From IMG/VR virus record IMGVR_UViG_3300033156_000272, positions 1 to 64,000 of that record: a stretch of DNA of 64,000 nucleotides; one strand, written 5' to 3'. A model generated the notes under the pieces. That model saw only the letters and a list, made by a program, of their open reading frames with translations, did no database searches and was not told the origin of the DNA. This stretch comes from a virus. Made by a program: the position numbers and the translations under genes. Below, one piece after another: positions 47,616 through 56,986 of the stretch (its first letter is position 1; each line of letters opens with the position of its first letter).

Positions 47616-48339
47616 TTGTTTCCAGTGCCTTCTGCTCTAACCACTTGGTGAGCTTAATGGCGATTGTTTTTCTAACATCATCCCAGATCCAGTTGTATTC
47701 GATATCAATATCAAGAGCATCTCTTAATATGTTGATGGAGTCGTTGTTAATTCTCTCTCGAATACAACCAATCTCTGTCGCCTTGATTGGCAGTGTTGTG
47801 TCGAAAGAGTTTGCAACTCCTCTGATGAGTGCGAACTCTTCCATGCTGTTGATCCCCAGAACATGAATTTTTGTCGGAGGGATGATTCTTCTCAATCCTC
47901 TCGCAAGTTCAACTCTGTCAAAAGGGAGGTGTTTTGGTAGTGCAAACCCGTCAACCGGATATCTATCATTATTGAGGAGGTCAGCCTTCTCCATCGCCTC
48001 TTCTGGGGTGTCTGCCCACAATGAAGCATACACAGCTATTCTGTCATCGTCTCCTAGTCGGTGATAAAATTGTGGGAGGAAGTCCCGAGTCATTTCATTA
48101 GTGAGTTCAGGCTCCTTCATCTGATCGGGAGCAATAATAGCTACACTCTTAACTCCAGCATTTAAGAGCTCTTGAGCTAGCATAATGAGTGTCATATTGT
48201 CAACAGAGCAATCCTCGTAGGCTCCGTTGTCAAGCATTACACCCTTATTCTTGTAGTCACCAAAATCGCATATTCTCGTACGCGTAGCGACCAAAAAATA
48301 AGAGTCGAAGGGGGTTGGGGTAGGTTGGTAGTACTTCAT
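47587..48339 (-). CDS. TGT-fold protein, candidate DNA deazaguanine transglycosylase (DpdA-like)
   Basis: MLDNGAYE, IAPD, IHVLG, SFDTT match the TGT barrel pattern; same arm as queC/queE/folE2. Confidence 0.65.
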   Translation of the reverse strand: MKYYQPTPTPFDSYFLVATRTRICDFGDYKNKGVMLDNGAYEDCSVDNMTLIMLAQELLNAGVKSVAIIAPDQMKEPELTNEMTRDFLPQFYHRLGDDDRIAVYASLWADTPEEAMEKADLLNNDRYPVDGFALPKHLPFDRVELARGLRRIIPPTKIHVLGINSMEEFALIRGVANSFDTTLPIKATEIGCIRERINNDSINILRDALDIDIEYNWIWDDVRKTIAIKLTKWLEQKALETSDIDELLTG

Positions 48340-48343
48340 GAGT

Positions 48344-49243
48344 TTATCCTTCTGGCTTTTCGAAGTCGTCTATGAGTTCTCTCAATCCATACCATTCAGC
48401 CTTGTCGTTTGTTACCCTGGCTACGAGGTACTTCTTTCCCTCGAGGTGTAGCGCACCTTTGGCTTTGTCGACAGTAGCCCAGATTTCAACCTTTTCCGTT
48501 TCAGGGTGCTGAGAACGTTCGAGGCTTATCTTCTGAAACATCATACCAGGGGTAGTGCTTACCCAGTCTGGGTGATAACCTGTTATCTGGAGTTCTCTTC
48601 CGCCACCGGCCTTGGGAACGTATTTCTTAGCTGCCTTCAAGTGTGTGGTACAAATAAACCTGCACTTAAGTGACCGGAGGAGTAACACTGCAGTATTGAA
48701 GTGTCTGTTTCTATTGCTCCATTGCCACTGATCTTTAATCTGTGTTTTGGGGTCTATCTTGAGGTCTTCATACCTCATTACATACTCACACCATTTAAGC
48801 AGTGTATCGAGTCCGTCACAAGCTACTGTGGCTATATTTAGGGACTGTTCATTCCTCACGATGTATCTAATTACACTTAGCAACTTCACGTATGAAGCCA
48901 CATAGTCAATTCCTCCGTTATCATCAACAACTAAACAGTTGAGGATAACTATAGATTCATCTCCCGGAAAATACTTGTCCTTCAGTGGGCCACAGCTATC
49001 ATCGAGATCCAGAACGAAGATGTCCTTCTTTTCTTTAATATCTTTCTTCGTTCTGCTATCCAGAAGTATCCCAGACTTACCAACGCCATCAAATCCGACG
49101 AGAGCCATGCATATCGGAGAGCATTTCGTGTTCCTGCTGATTTCTATTAGTTTCTCTACTTCATCATCCGAGAGAACATTATTCTCTACAAATGCATCAG
49201 CGCCTTCTTCTACTTTTCCTGCTTTCTTGCTTCCGAGTGACAT
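48344..49243 (-). CDS. RecA-superfamily ATPase (AAA_24/Sak4-like)
   Basis: GFDGVGKS, LDLD, ACDGLD, W..RN, TTH. Confidence 0.7.
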   Translation of the reverse strand: MSLGSKKAGKVEEGADAFVENNVLSDDEVEKLIEISRNTKCSPICMALVGFDGVGKSGILLDSRTKKDIKEKKDIFVLDLDDSCGPLKDKYFPGDESIVILNCLVVDDNGGIDYVASYVKLLSVIRYIVRNEQSLNIATVACDGLDTLLKWCEYVMRYEDLKIDPKTQIKDQWQWSNRNRHFNTAVLLLRSLKCRFICTTHLKAAKKYVPKAGGGRELQITGYHPDWVSTTPGMMFQKISLERSQHPETEKVEIWATVDKAKGALHLEGKKYLVARVTNDKAEWYGLRELIDDFEKPEG

Positions 49244-49254
49244 GTATCATCGCC

Positions 49255-50304
49255 TCAATTTACGCGCTCTACGGCGTTCATTGGTGATTCGTCAGCCGGT
49301 ATCTTAGACTCCTCGGGTGCATATAGACCAGTTACCTGTATAACAACACGCTCTTCGTCGTTGTAGGTAGACAGATTGGGTCGTCCGCAAACGATCACTC
49401 TGCTTCCCTGCCCGAAATCAATTGCGTCGAACAGATATTCCGGTATGAAACACACAATACCAGGGTCTTCTATGTCACGAGTTTCGTCGTCCAGAACCAT
49501 CATTCGCGATCCACCACGTTCGTCTCTTGCAATAAACGCAACATCACCCATAGTTATAGTGAATCGCTGGTTATCGTCGGCAACCTGGTCAAAGTAGGTT
49601 TCTATAGCACCAAGTTCTATTGCGTGTCCTTCGAGATCTCCCTCTATATCTTCGAGTATAACATCAAAGTCACTATCTGGTGCATCTGCTACGTCGAATA
49701 CTATTCGGCTATACGGGTTCAACAGCCTGAATCCCTCGGCAGGCGACTTCTTGCTGAGATTCGCACGGAAGCTACTCCACTTGAATACAGGAATATCGAT
49801 CTTTCCTGCCAACTGATTTCCCAGAATCATTTTGAAGGGCCAAAGATTGCCATCTTCATCCTTTGCGACTCCTTTCACATTCTGCAGAAATTCGTTCTCA
49901 GGAAGAGGCTTTCCGAAGTTGTTGTTTGGTCTGCTTCCTATCGCTTCCCTAGTATCTAACGGGATTCCATTATCGTCGGTAAAACCCTCGTCAACTGCCT
50001 TGTCGGGATCCGTCTTGAAAAGCTCTATAGCTGCCGCCCTGGTACTTGCAATTATATCAAAGGGATTCTCTATAGAGAACAAAAATCCCTCATAGGTTTT
50101 CGCAGGGCTTCTAAGCTGGCTTTTGAAGTCAGATCGCAGCTGTGCCAGAACGCGCTTTTGAATTAGTGTGTCGTCTGCGTCAGGCAATGCTTCCCGCATC
50201 TGCACATTTTCCTTCTCTACCAGCTCTTTGAAGGCATCTGATCCGATGCCTAGCTTTTCCTTGAAGAGCTTTTCTAGCTCTTTCATTACGTCTTTCTTAG
50301 CCAT
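49255..50304 (-). CDS. Putative OB-fold ssDNA-binding protein (RPA-like)
   Basis: Acidic; C-terminal DFGQGSRVIVCG...IQVTGLY; adjacent to the annealing ATPase. Confidence 0.5.
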   Translation of the reverse strand: MAKKDVMKELEKLFKEKLGIGSDAFKELVEKENVQMREALPDADDTLIQKRVLAQLRSDFKSQLRSPAKTYEGFLFSIENPFDIIASTRAAAIELFKTDPDKAVDEGFTDDNGIPLDTREAIGSRPNNNFGKPLPENEFLQNVKGVAKDEDGNLWPFKMILGNQLAGKIDIPVFKWSSFRANLSKKSPAEGFRLLNPYSRIVFDVADAPDSDFDVILEDIEGDLEGHAIELGAIETYFDQVADDNQRFTITMGDVAFIARDERGGSRMMVLDDETRDIEDPGIVCFIPEYLFDAIDFGQGSRVIVCGRPNLSTYNDEERVVIQVTGLYAPEESKIPADESPMNAVERVN

Positions 50305-50322
50305 TTTATTTTTCCTCCTTGT

Positions 50323-50378
50323 TTTTACTCATCACGCTTTTACTCATCACGCTTTTACTCATCACGCTTTTACTCATC
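50323..50378. repeat. 15-nt intergenic tandem repeat
   Basis: TTTTACTCATCACGC x3 plus a partial unit. Confidence 0.92.
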
Positions 50379-50564
50379 GGTTTCCATATCATCTTCATGG
50401 TCTTTTTCGAATGCATACTTCTCTTTTCCTTCAGGCGATAGAACTCGCACTACTTGCAAGAAGATTACATCTCCTGCTTCGATGCCCAGTAGGTCGCGAA
50501 TTTTTTTACGAACCGTGACCTGGCTGTTTTTCGCTACTGTCGACTCAAATACTTGTTGTTCCAT
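50370..50564 (-). CDS. AbrB/MazE-like transcription regulator
   Basis: QVTVRKKIRDLLGIEAGDVI. Confidence 0.8.
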   Translation of the reverse strand: MEQQVFESTVAKNSQVTVRKKIRDLLGIEAGDVIFLQVVRVLSPEGKEKYAFEKDHEDDMETDE

Positions 50565-50622
50565 GATGTCACCGATATGTTCGTGTGGTATTTTTCCACT
50601 ATTATAGTTATCCCTTTAATAG

Positions 50623-50644
50623 TATTAATACTATATGTAATTAC
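50623..50644 (-). promoter_or_regulatory. Shared 22-bp upstream motif, copy 1
   Basis: 19/22 identical to 57767-57788; overlaps the perfect palindrome ATAGTATTAATACTAT. Confidence 0.5.
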
Positions 50645-50832
50645 ATTTTCAATGGTTCTTCTTCACTGGAAACTGCCACCTTCTTCACGGTCTTCTTCTC
50701 TATCAGCTGTACCCTTGTAATGTCCATCTTAGGATGAATTTCTCTAAACATTTTCAGTGCAGTCTCTAGATCGTCGGCCTCATATACTCCGACGACTTTT
50801 GCAAGTGTCCATCGAACCGTTGTGTTACTCAT
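50641..50832 (-). CDS. Hypothetical protein
   Basis: GGTGA RBS, operon-embedded. Confidence 0.5.
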   Translation of the reverse strand: MSNTTVRWTLAKVVGVYEADDLETALKMFREIHPKMDITRVQLIEKKTVKKVAVSSEEEPLKM

Positions 50833-51028
50833 TGATCAGGTCACCCCTCTCAATGTAAAATCCAGTTGTTGCTATTATACACACGATCCACAGTATGAGC
50901 ATACCACACAGAGCGTTTCCAGATAATAAATTATGTTCAACTAATAACTTAGTAAAGTAGAACAATAGTATAAGTACTACTATTCGTGTGATACCACCAA
51001 AGTCTAGTTTCCATGCCATTGAATTCAT
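50825..51028 (-). CDS. Small two-TM membrane protein
   Basis: Two hydrophobic helices; GAGGTGA RBS. Confidence 0.5.
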   Translation of the reverse strand: MNSMAWKLDFGGITRIVVLILLFYFTKLLVEHNLLSGNALCGMLILWIVCIIATTGFYIERGDLINE

Positions 51029-51167
51029 TAGATCACCTCAATCAATTAACTCTAATGCTTCCTCTTCTATACTTATGGACCAGTGAATGGTAGGCAGGTC
51101 CATTACTCGTTTCATGGATCGATATCAATACATGACTTAATTCTACCGGATCTGTTATAATACACAC

Positions 51168-51437
51168 TCATATCACCTCGGGGAGATAATAATATCCTTC
51201 ATCATCAGTTATGTAGAATCTTCTAGTTCTTGGAATATTCATTCCTGAAAATATATCGAATATATCATTACCATTCCTCACTACTACTGACATAGGATAT
51301 CTTCCATGTCCACAACAACAACCCAGTGTCTCTACGCCACATTCATTAAGAGAAACTATGAACTCTTGCATACAACCATCTACTCTAAATTTTCTTCCCC
51401 TTACTTGTATCATTCTTGAGTTTCTTGTATTACACAC
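51168..51437 (-). CDS. Hypothetical protein with CCCGHG motif
   Basis: VDGCM...LN..GVETLGCCCGHG, a pattern recurrent in viral hypotheticals. Confidence 0.6.
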   Translation of the reverse strand: MCNTRNSRMIQVRGRKFRVDGCMQEFIVSLNECGVETLGCCCGHGRYPMSVVVRNGNDIFDIFSGMNIPRTRRFYITDDEGYYYLPEVI

Positions 51438-52079
51438 TCATATCACTTCCATTGCGTATAATATATTACGAACATGAGCCCAGTTTTTCACCCTGAGGAA
51501 CCCCCCTTCAAATGCGTTGAGATGCCTGTTCCAAGGCTGATCGATGCATAATACTCTCTTGTCATTGTCAACCGCAGTACTGATTGTATTTGGATTATCA
51601 TCAATTACTATATCAATCCAATCAAAAGTTTTTGTTCTGTGATCCATAGAAACGAAAAGTACGGAATAAGGTATCCCAGAAAATTGTTCATGAAGCCAGT
51701 CGAATTTTTGTCGAACCTGCCCTCCATCGTATGTATGGGTTACAAAATAGATTGTATGAAGATTTTTTACAAGAAGCTCTATCACTTCTCTAGAGTTATC
51801 AAACGGGGGGCCGGTATATTCCACATTAACAAACTCTTGCTTGATTCTATCGGCATTCCATTTCTTCAGATATTCTTCAATTCCCCATCCTTTGATATTA
51901 GCTGTTGTGAGGCGTGTATCAAATTCTTCATTATACTTGTTAATGAGTGGTTGTACATTGTCATACAAAGTGCTGTCTATATCTATTCCGACGTTTAGTC
52001 CTTTCTTTACCATGTTCATTGCTCCTATATATTTTCTATTTGTCGCTCGTACATTTCTCATATTTGTCGCTCGTAACAA
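51438..52079 (-). CDS. HAD-family 5'(3')-deoxyribonucleotidase (NT5C-like)
   Basis: DIDSTL, K..WL...F, IDDNP, PWN. Confidence 0.85.
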   Translation of the reverse strand: MLRATNMRNVRATNRKYIGAMNMVKKGLNVGIDIDSTLYDNVQPLINKYNEEFDTRLTTANIKGWGIEEYLKKWNADRIKQEFVNVEYTGPPFDNSREVIELLVKNLHTIYFVTHTYDGGQVRQKFDWLHEQFSGIPYSVLFVSMDHRTKTFDWIDIVIDDNPNTISTAVDNDKRVLCIDQPWNRHLNAFEGGFLRVKNWAHVRNILYAMEVI

Positions 52080-52091
52080 AGAGTAGTTTCA

Positions 52092-52391
52092 CTACTCTTT
52101 CTGTTCAGATGGCCGCGTTCCGCGAAGTTTCCTATTACGACCATCTTGTACTTTTCGCACCTTGTCTTTCCGCTCGCCAGCCATATATGCGCGCACCACC
52201 GTCTTCGCAAGATTTATTCTGTCCAGTTTGGTCTCAAACGCCATTGTGCACGATTCTGATACGCCTCGTCTCTCGAGCTCATTCATAATATATGCGGCCT
52301 CTAAGACTAATATTTCTGTCCGTTCTTCGTCGATTCTGAGGAACAGATTTTTCATAGTTGTCCCGTTTTTTAGTGTCAATTTATCCATCAT
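52092..52391 (-). CDS. Hypothetical protein
   Basis: GGAG RBS, operon-embedded. Confidence 0.5.
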   Translation of the reverse strand: MMDKLTLKNGTTMKNLFLRIDEERTEILVLEAAYIMNELERRGVSESCTMAFETKLDRINLAKTVVRAYMAGERKDKVRKVQDGRNRKLRGTRPSEQKE

Positions 52392-52404
52392 TAAGTCTCC
52401 TTCA

Positions 52405-53571
52405 TTAATCTACAATCACCACTAGAGTCTTTGCTCTTCCCCCGCCTTTGGTGTTTTCGTCCTTTATAAACTTAATCATACTCATGCGGGACATTGCCTG
52501 TAGAATATCAGAGCTACGCCTCCAATCCATCCCGAATACGGCAAGCTTCTTTTTGACTTCGGTAACCGTTGCATAGTTCATCTCTTTTAATATTTCGAAT
52601 ACCTGTGTGAACTCGGTCCCTCTGTTCAGCTCTCCTCTCCACATATTTTCCATCTTGAATAGTTTGTAGAGTTCAGGAAATGCCTTAATTGTGAGATGCT
52701 TGTCGAACGTTTTGGCTCTTGCAATATTCATTCCGAGGGCAAACCGCTCATACAAGGGCTCCTCGTAGTGAGGAACATCTATTTCATCGAGCCATTTATA
52801 TATCATGGGATCATAAGAGACTGACGTTATGGCCTTTAACCCTTCCTTCATGTGTTCAATATCCTTTCTGATTTCCATAAGGATTCTAACATTCGGTCTG
52901 ATATTTCTGCCGTCTCTTCTTGCTAGCTTGATTGCATGGCGCTCTTGTTCATTAGGTATGAATATCATGAACATCAACCTTCGCGGAAGACCAGAGGAGA
53001 GATCTATGCGACACGGCTGGCTACCCGTCCACAGCGATAGTCTTGTCTGATATTGTATCTTTCCCATGGCGAGGCGCTTTATTACAAACCCTTGGTCAAG
53101 TGCCGTAAGCATAGCATTATCTAGATTGACGGAATGTTCCATTTTCATGGCGTTTGTTAAGGCCGCGAATTCGTCGATCCCTAAGATTCCGTTGCGATGT
53201 TCATATGCTGCACCCGGTACTTCAGTAGGATCGCCGTCTATCATACGAATACTTCCGGTGAACGCTGCTTCTGTCATTACACCTTCCATCCCGTGTGGTA
53301 CGCCGCCACCATATAGTATACTCCCTTTGCCTATGAGAAACTTTTGCAGTATGGTGGTTTTGAGATATCCGGGTGGTGCAACGAAGAAGATATTCATCCT
53401 CATTTGAGGGATCTTGCCGCCTTCGTAATAGAACTCTCGTTTCTGATTTTCCAGGTTGAAGAGATGCGCGCCTACACTCGCAGAGTAGAACGGTACGAAC
53501 CGCTCATGGTAGACTATCCTTGCGTGATCGAAATACTCTAGCGTACTATCGTAGAACGTCAATTGTTTCAC
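52405..53571 (-). CDS. MCM-like AAA+ ATPase (putative replicative helicase)
   Basis: APPGYLKTT, TEAAFTGS, PGA, IDEF, ALDQG, LSSGLPRR; C-terminal wHTH. Confidence 0.65.
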   Translation of the reverse strand: MKQLTFYDSTLEYFDHARIVYHERFVPFYSASVGAHLFNLENQKREFYYEGGKIPQMRMNIFFVAPPGYLKTTILQKFLIGKGSILYGGGVPHGMEGVMTEAAFTGSIRMIDGDPTEVPGAAYEHRNGILGIDEFAALTNAMKMEHSVNLDNAMLTALDQGFVIKRLAMGKIQYQTRLSLWTGSQPCRIDLSSGLPRRLMFMIFIPNEQERHAIKLARRDGRNIRPNVRILMEIRKDIEHMKEGLKAITSVSYDPMIYKWLDEIDVPHYEEPLYERFALGMNIARAKTFDKHLTIKAFPELYKLFKMENMWRGELNRGTEFTQVFEILKEMNYATVTEVKKKLAVFGMDWRRSSDILQAMSRMSMIKFIKDENTKGGGRAKTLVVIVD

Positions 53572-54251
53572 CCGTTCAGCTTCCGGTGTATTGTCCTAGC
53601 AGTTACTGGTCCAACACCGTTCACTGACACGAGTTGTTTATGGTCCGCCTCTGCGACACCATGGAGACTTACGAATCTATCAAGTAGCTTCTTAGCTGTG
53701 TTTCTTGTTACACCCGGTATAAACTCAGTGAGTATATCTACTGGAGTTAATTCTGCTTTGGTCCTGGCTAACTGCTGCTTCCCATATTTCCCTTCTTTTA
53801 TTTTTTCAAATATCCGTTTTACAAGTTCGATTGCTTGATCGTCAGTTTCCACCCAAAGTATATGGAAATTGTTTCTAACCATGATTGATGCAAGTGAGCC
53901 GTAGATAACACTTGTGTTCACTTTCATCTTCATCTTTGCCATTCGCAGAATTACATCGTCTAATCTTCCAACTATGAGGAGTATGCGCAGAGGATAGTGT
54001 CTCGTCATCATCTCCGTTTGTTTGAATATCCTTCTCGACTGTATAGAGTTTACGAGATCTTGCACCCGCTTGCGCTCTATGCCTACTAGCCATTCACTGT
54101 GGCCATCTTTTTCTTTTTTACGCAGCGCAAAATCTCCACATTGTAATGCCATCTTTGTATAATCAAGTTTCCTTCTGTCTGCTATTGCAAACACAAAGGA
54201 CTTCTCTCTACTGTCCATTGCTATCTCATATTCATCAGACATTTTAACCAC
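53568..54251 (-). CDS. ERCC4/XPF-family nuclease with HhH
   Basis: DSRE, GDF, IERKRVQDL, IPGV, VNGVGP. Confidence 0.9.
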   Translation of the reverse strand: MVKMSDEYEIAMDSREKSFVFAIADRRKLDYTKMALQCGDFALRKKEKDGHSEWLVGIERKRVQDLVNSIQSRRIFKQTEMMTRHYPLRILLIVGRLDDVILRMAKMKMKVNTSVIYGSLASIMVRNNFHILWVETDDQAIELVKRIFEKIKEGKYGKQQLARTKAELTPVDILTEFIPGVTRNTAKKLLDRFVSLHGVAEADHKQLVSVNGVGPVTARTIHRKLNG

Positions 54252-54266
54252 CTACTGCTAATTTCA

Positions 54267-54791
54267 TTACTCGATCTTTCGTGCATAAATTTCTATTTCC
54301 CCTAGTGCGTATGTCTCTATTTCTATACCCTCATAACCTAGTTCAAACAGGGTACTCCTATAATACTGATTGAATGCAAGTATATCATCATAGCGGTCGT
54401 CTACTTCAACCATTTTTGCTGGGTCAGGACAGAGTAGGAATACTACATGCGGGTGTGGAGATATCCAAATAAACCATCTAGATATCTTCTTTAATGATGG
54501 AACATTATACTTCTGAGATAGATACCTGCCATATACTACAGCATCTATATAACATCTGTCCAGTAATGTTACTTTATTGAATCGTAATTTTATGTACTGT
54601 TTCGCTCTGTCAAACGCGAACAATACTTCACGAATTTTTAACCAAGTTTTATTATCCGTAACTGGTAATTTCCTCATCAGAGGAGCTGCGTGGATGTTCT
54701 CCATCTTCTCCCCGAACCGCTCTCTTATCAGCGTCGTCTTTCCTGCTTTGTCGACACCAATTACTGCTATTAGTTCTTTTTTCACTTTCAT
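54267..54791 (-). CDS. Thymidylate kinase-like dNMP kinase
   Basis: GVDKAGKTT, LFAFDR, LDRCYIDAVVY. Confidence 0.75.
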   Translation of the reverse strand: MKVKKELIAVIGVDKAGKTTLIRERFGEKMENIHAAPLMRKLPVTDNKTWLKIREVLFAFDRAKQYIKLRFNKVTLLDRCYIDAVVYGRYLSQKYNVPSLKKISRWFIWISPHPHVVFLLCPDPAKMVEVDDRYDDILAFNQYYRSTLFELGYEGIEIETYALGEIEIYARKIE

Positions 54792-54898
54792 TGGATTCCT
54801 CCGTTTTTCGGGTTTTATTCATTCGAGCAAGATCCTGTACGTTCTGACCAAGCGACCATAATAGAAATATAATACGCAGGTCACGGGAATTAATATAT

Positions 54899-55111
54899 TC
54901 ATCTGTTGGAGTCTCCATCAGGGCTCTCTCCAGCGTCCATTCGCTTCATATGTAATAGAAAGTCTGCCATTAGTCCATTAAATTCGGACTCGAGAAGCGC
55001 GCACGTTTCATATGCAACACAACCCGTATTCCGTTCTTTTTCGTTCTGCCACTTTTTCAAGTATGAACGAATCAGCCTCTTAGATTCTGATAGTACTTCT
55101 TCTGCATTCAA
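54899..55111 (-). CDS. Hypothetical protein
   Basis: AGGAGG RBS and TTTATATA upstream. Confidence 0.5.
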   Translation of the reverse strand: MNAEEVLSESKRLIRSYLKKWQNEKERNTGCVAYETCALLESEFNGLMADFLLHMKRMDAGESPDGDSNR

Positions 55112-55167
55112 ACAATTTCCTCCTTACTTTATCACGATAGTAATATATAAATGGGTTGGTGTTACTA

Positions 55168-55467
55168 TTACTCTAATCCTGAGCGATGTCGATCTTTGAG
55201 TTCGGCGATCTTACCTGAGTTCCATGAGCTAACCCTTGAAAAGAACCCGGTCACTCTGGTCATCTGCTGAATGTTCCTACCATTGTGCAGTTGGCGTATT
55301 ATGTCGTTGGATGTTACGTTACTCATGTTGGCTGTATCTATTATGATAGCACATTCATCTTCGTCGTCTTCAAACTTGATTATGATGCTACCCGGTTTTT
55401 CTGGGTGTTCTGACCATACTAGTCTGTCGTACGACTCTAAAAACTTATCTAGTTCTTTTCTGTCCAT
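55168..55467 (-). CDS. Stand-alone NrdD C-terminal (glycyl radical)-like protein
   Basis: MTRVTGFFSRVSSWNSGKIAELKDR. Confidence 0.75.
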   Translation of the reverse strand: MDRKELDKFLESYDRLVWSEHPEKPGSIIIKFEDDEDECAIIIDTANMSNVTSNDIIRQLHNGRNIQQMTRVTGFFSRVSSWNSGKIAELKDRHRSGLE

Positions 55468-56545
55468 GTTTATACACCTCTTGTATTCCATTAAACGCCA
55501 TTAGGCCGAGTTCAATTCCTTGGATCGCAAGTCGTTTTCCGCTGGGCATTATGATAAGTACGTGACCATCATCAGAGCCACTTCCGGATGCAAATCCAAC
55601 GCGCTCTGCGTAGTTATCTCTCTGTACAGCACATCCTGCATTAATTATAAGTCTCTGAAGCCCGCCGACCTTGCTCTGGCAAACTCCGGGATTATGGGTA
55701 TGTGCGTGTATTAGTATGTCGCAGTCTCTGGCCCTCTCTGCGTTGTCAAACAATACGGCTCTAAATCCTGCCTGAAAAGGATGATACTGTGAATGTCCCT
55801 TTCCCTTGTGTCGTGCGTATATGCGGGTGAGGTGATCTCCCACTCTGAGTGCTGCGGGTTCGCCGTACCATCCATATTTCGTCTCGCTGTATGTTTGGGC
55901 AATATGACCAGATATATCAAAGTGGTCGGATATGTAACTGCGAGCTTCGTGGTTTCCCTCCCATAAACATAAAAGCTTCCTTTTGCATAGCCCAAGCAAG
56001 TAGGTCACCATATCTAGCTGCTCGCTCTTAGCTACAAGATCAATCGCGTCGTCGGGAGCCTTTGTGTTGAGAGAGTTGTCAATTATATCTCCGATGAGAA
56101 AGAGATAACAGTTCGGTGTCTTTCCTACCTGTTCAAACACCCACTTGGTATATGGATAGCGAGCGGCTGCTAGACCAAGGTGCGAGTCTGCAAGTATTAC
56201 TATTGCGGTTGGTCCTTTGAATTCCCCGAGCCAAACATATCCCTCTGCAGGGAGCTTCTCCTTCAATACTTCACTAAGGTCACTCACCTTGTTGAATAAC
56301 CTTTCTCCATACCTTTCCCTCTCTGTACGAATGAAATATAATGTCTTATATCCCACGCGACTAGAGGTAATTGGATATTGCCATCCCATCTTTTTGCATC
56401 GCTTCTTTATACGGTGCATTGCCTGTTGAACTTGTGGCACTGTAAATCCAAGTTCCTTACCTAACTCTGCTGATGTTGTTCCGTCTTCATGAGATGTTAT
56501 TGCATCTATTACTAGTGATTCCTTATCTGTAAGTATTATATTCAT
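55445..56545 (-). CDS. HTH-fused calcineurin-like metallophosphoesterase
   Basis: DSHLG, GDIID, GNHE, H, HTH motifs; N-terminal HTH. Confidence 0.85.
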   Translation of the reverse strand: MNIILTDKESLVIDAITSHEDGTTSAELGKELGFTVPQVQQAMHRIKKRCKKMGWQYPITSSRVGYKTLYFIRTERERYGERLFNKVSDLSEVLKEKLPAEGYVWLGEFKGPTAIVILADSHLGLAAARYPYTKWVFEQVGKTPNCYLFLIGDIIDNSLNTKAPDDAIDLVAKSEQLDMVTYLLGLCKRKLLCLWEGNHEARSYISDHFDISGHIAQTYSETKYGWYGEPAALRVGDHLTRIYARHKGKGHSQYHPFQAGFRAVLFDNAERARDCDILIHAHTHNPGVCQSKVGGLQRLIINAGCAVQRDNYAERVGFASGSGSDDGHVLIIMPSGKRLAIQGIELGLMAFNGIQEVYKHGQKRTR

Positions 56546-56655
56546 ATTTTCACCTTAGGCATTTGGGGCAAATTCCTTCTTCATCTGATATGATGTTGCA
56601 TTGACAACTTGTTTTATATCCTTTGTGACACCGTCGGCATAAATATATGCACATA

Positions 56656-56886
56656 TCATTTCTCCAAGAATTTGTCGAGTTGATCCTTCACGATCTTGTA
56701 CATCTCAATCTTCTTGGTGAGCTCTTGCTTATCTTCTTCAAGATTGAATATTTGTACTTGCATCTCTTCAATGAGTTCGTCTCTGGCAACTATCTCTGAC
56801 ATAATCTTCTCGAATATTTTTTCAATATCAGCTTTCTCTATCATCACTTTCACCCTCCTCGAACGATTCCAGTGTCCCGTATACAC
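56656..56886 (-). CDS. Coiled-coil hypothetical protein
   Basis: Heptad pattern. Confidence 0.5.
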   Translation of the reverse strand: MYTGHWNRSRRVKVMIEKADIEKIFEKIMSEIVARDELIEEMQVQIFNLEEDKQELTKKIEMYKIVKDQLDKFLEK

Positions 56887-56986
56887 ATCGCTTAATAGCT
56901 GCCTGCTCGATGGAAGTGAGTTGTATCTTCTCCTTTCCCCTCTCGAGCAAGTTTTTAAGAATTAAGCGAGCTGATTCATTGTCCAC

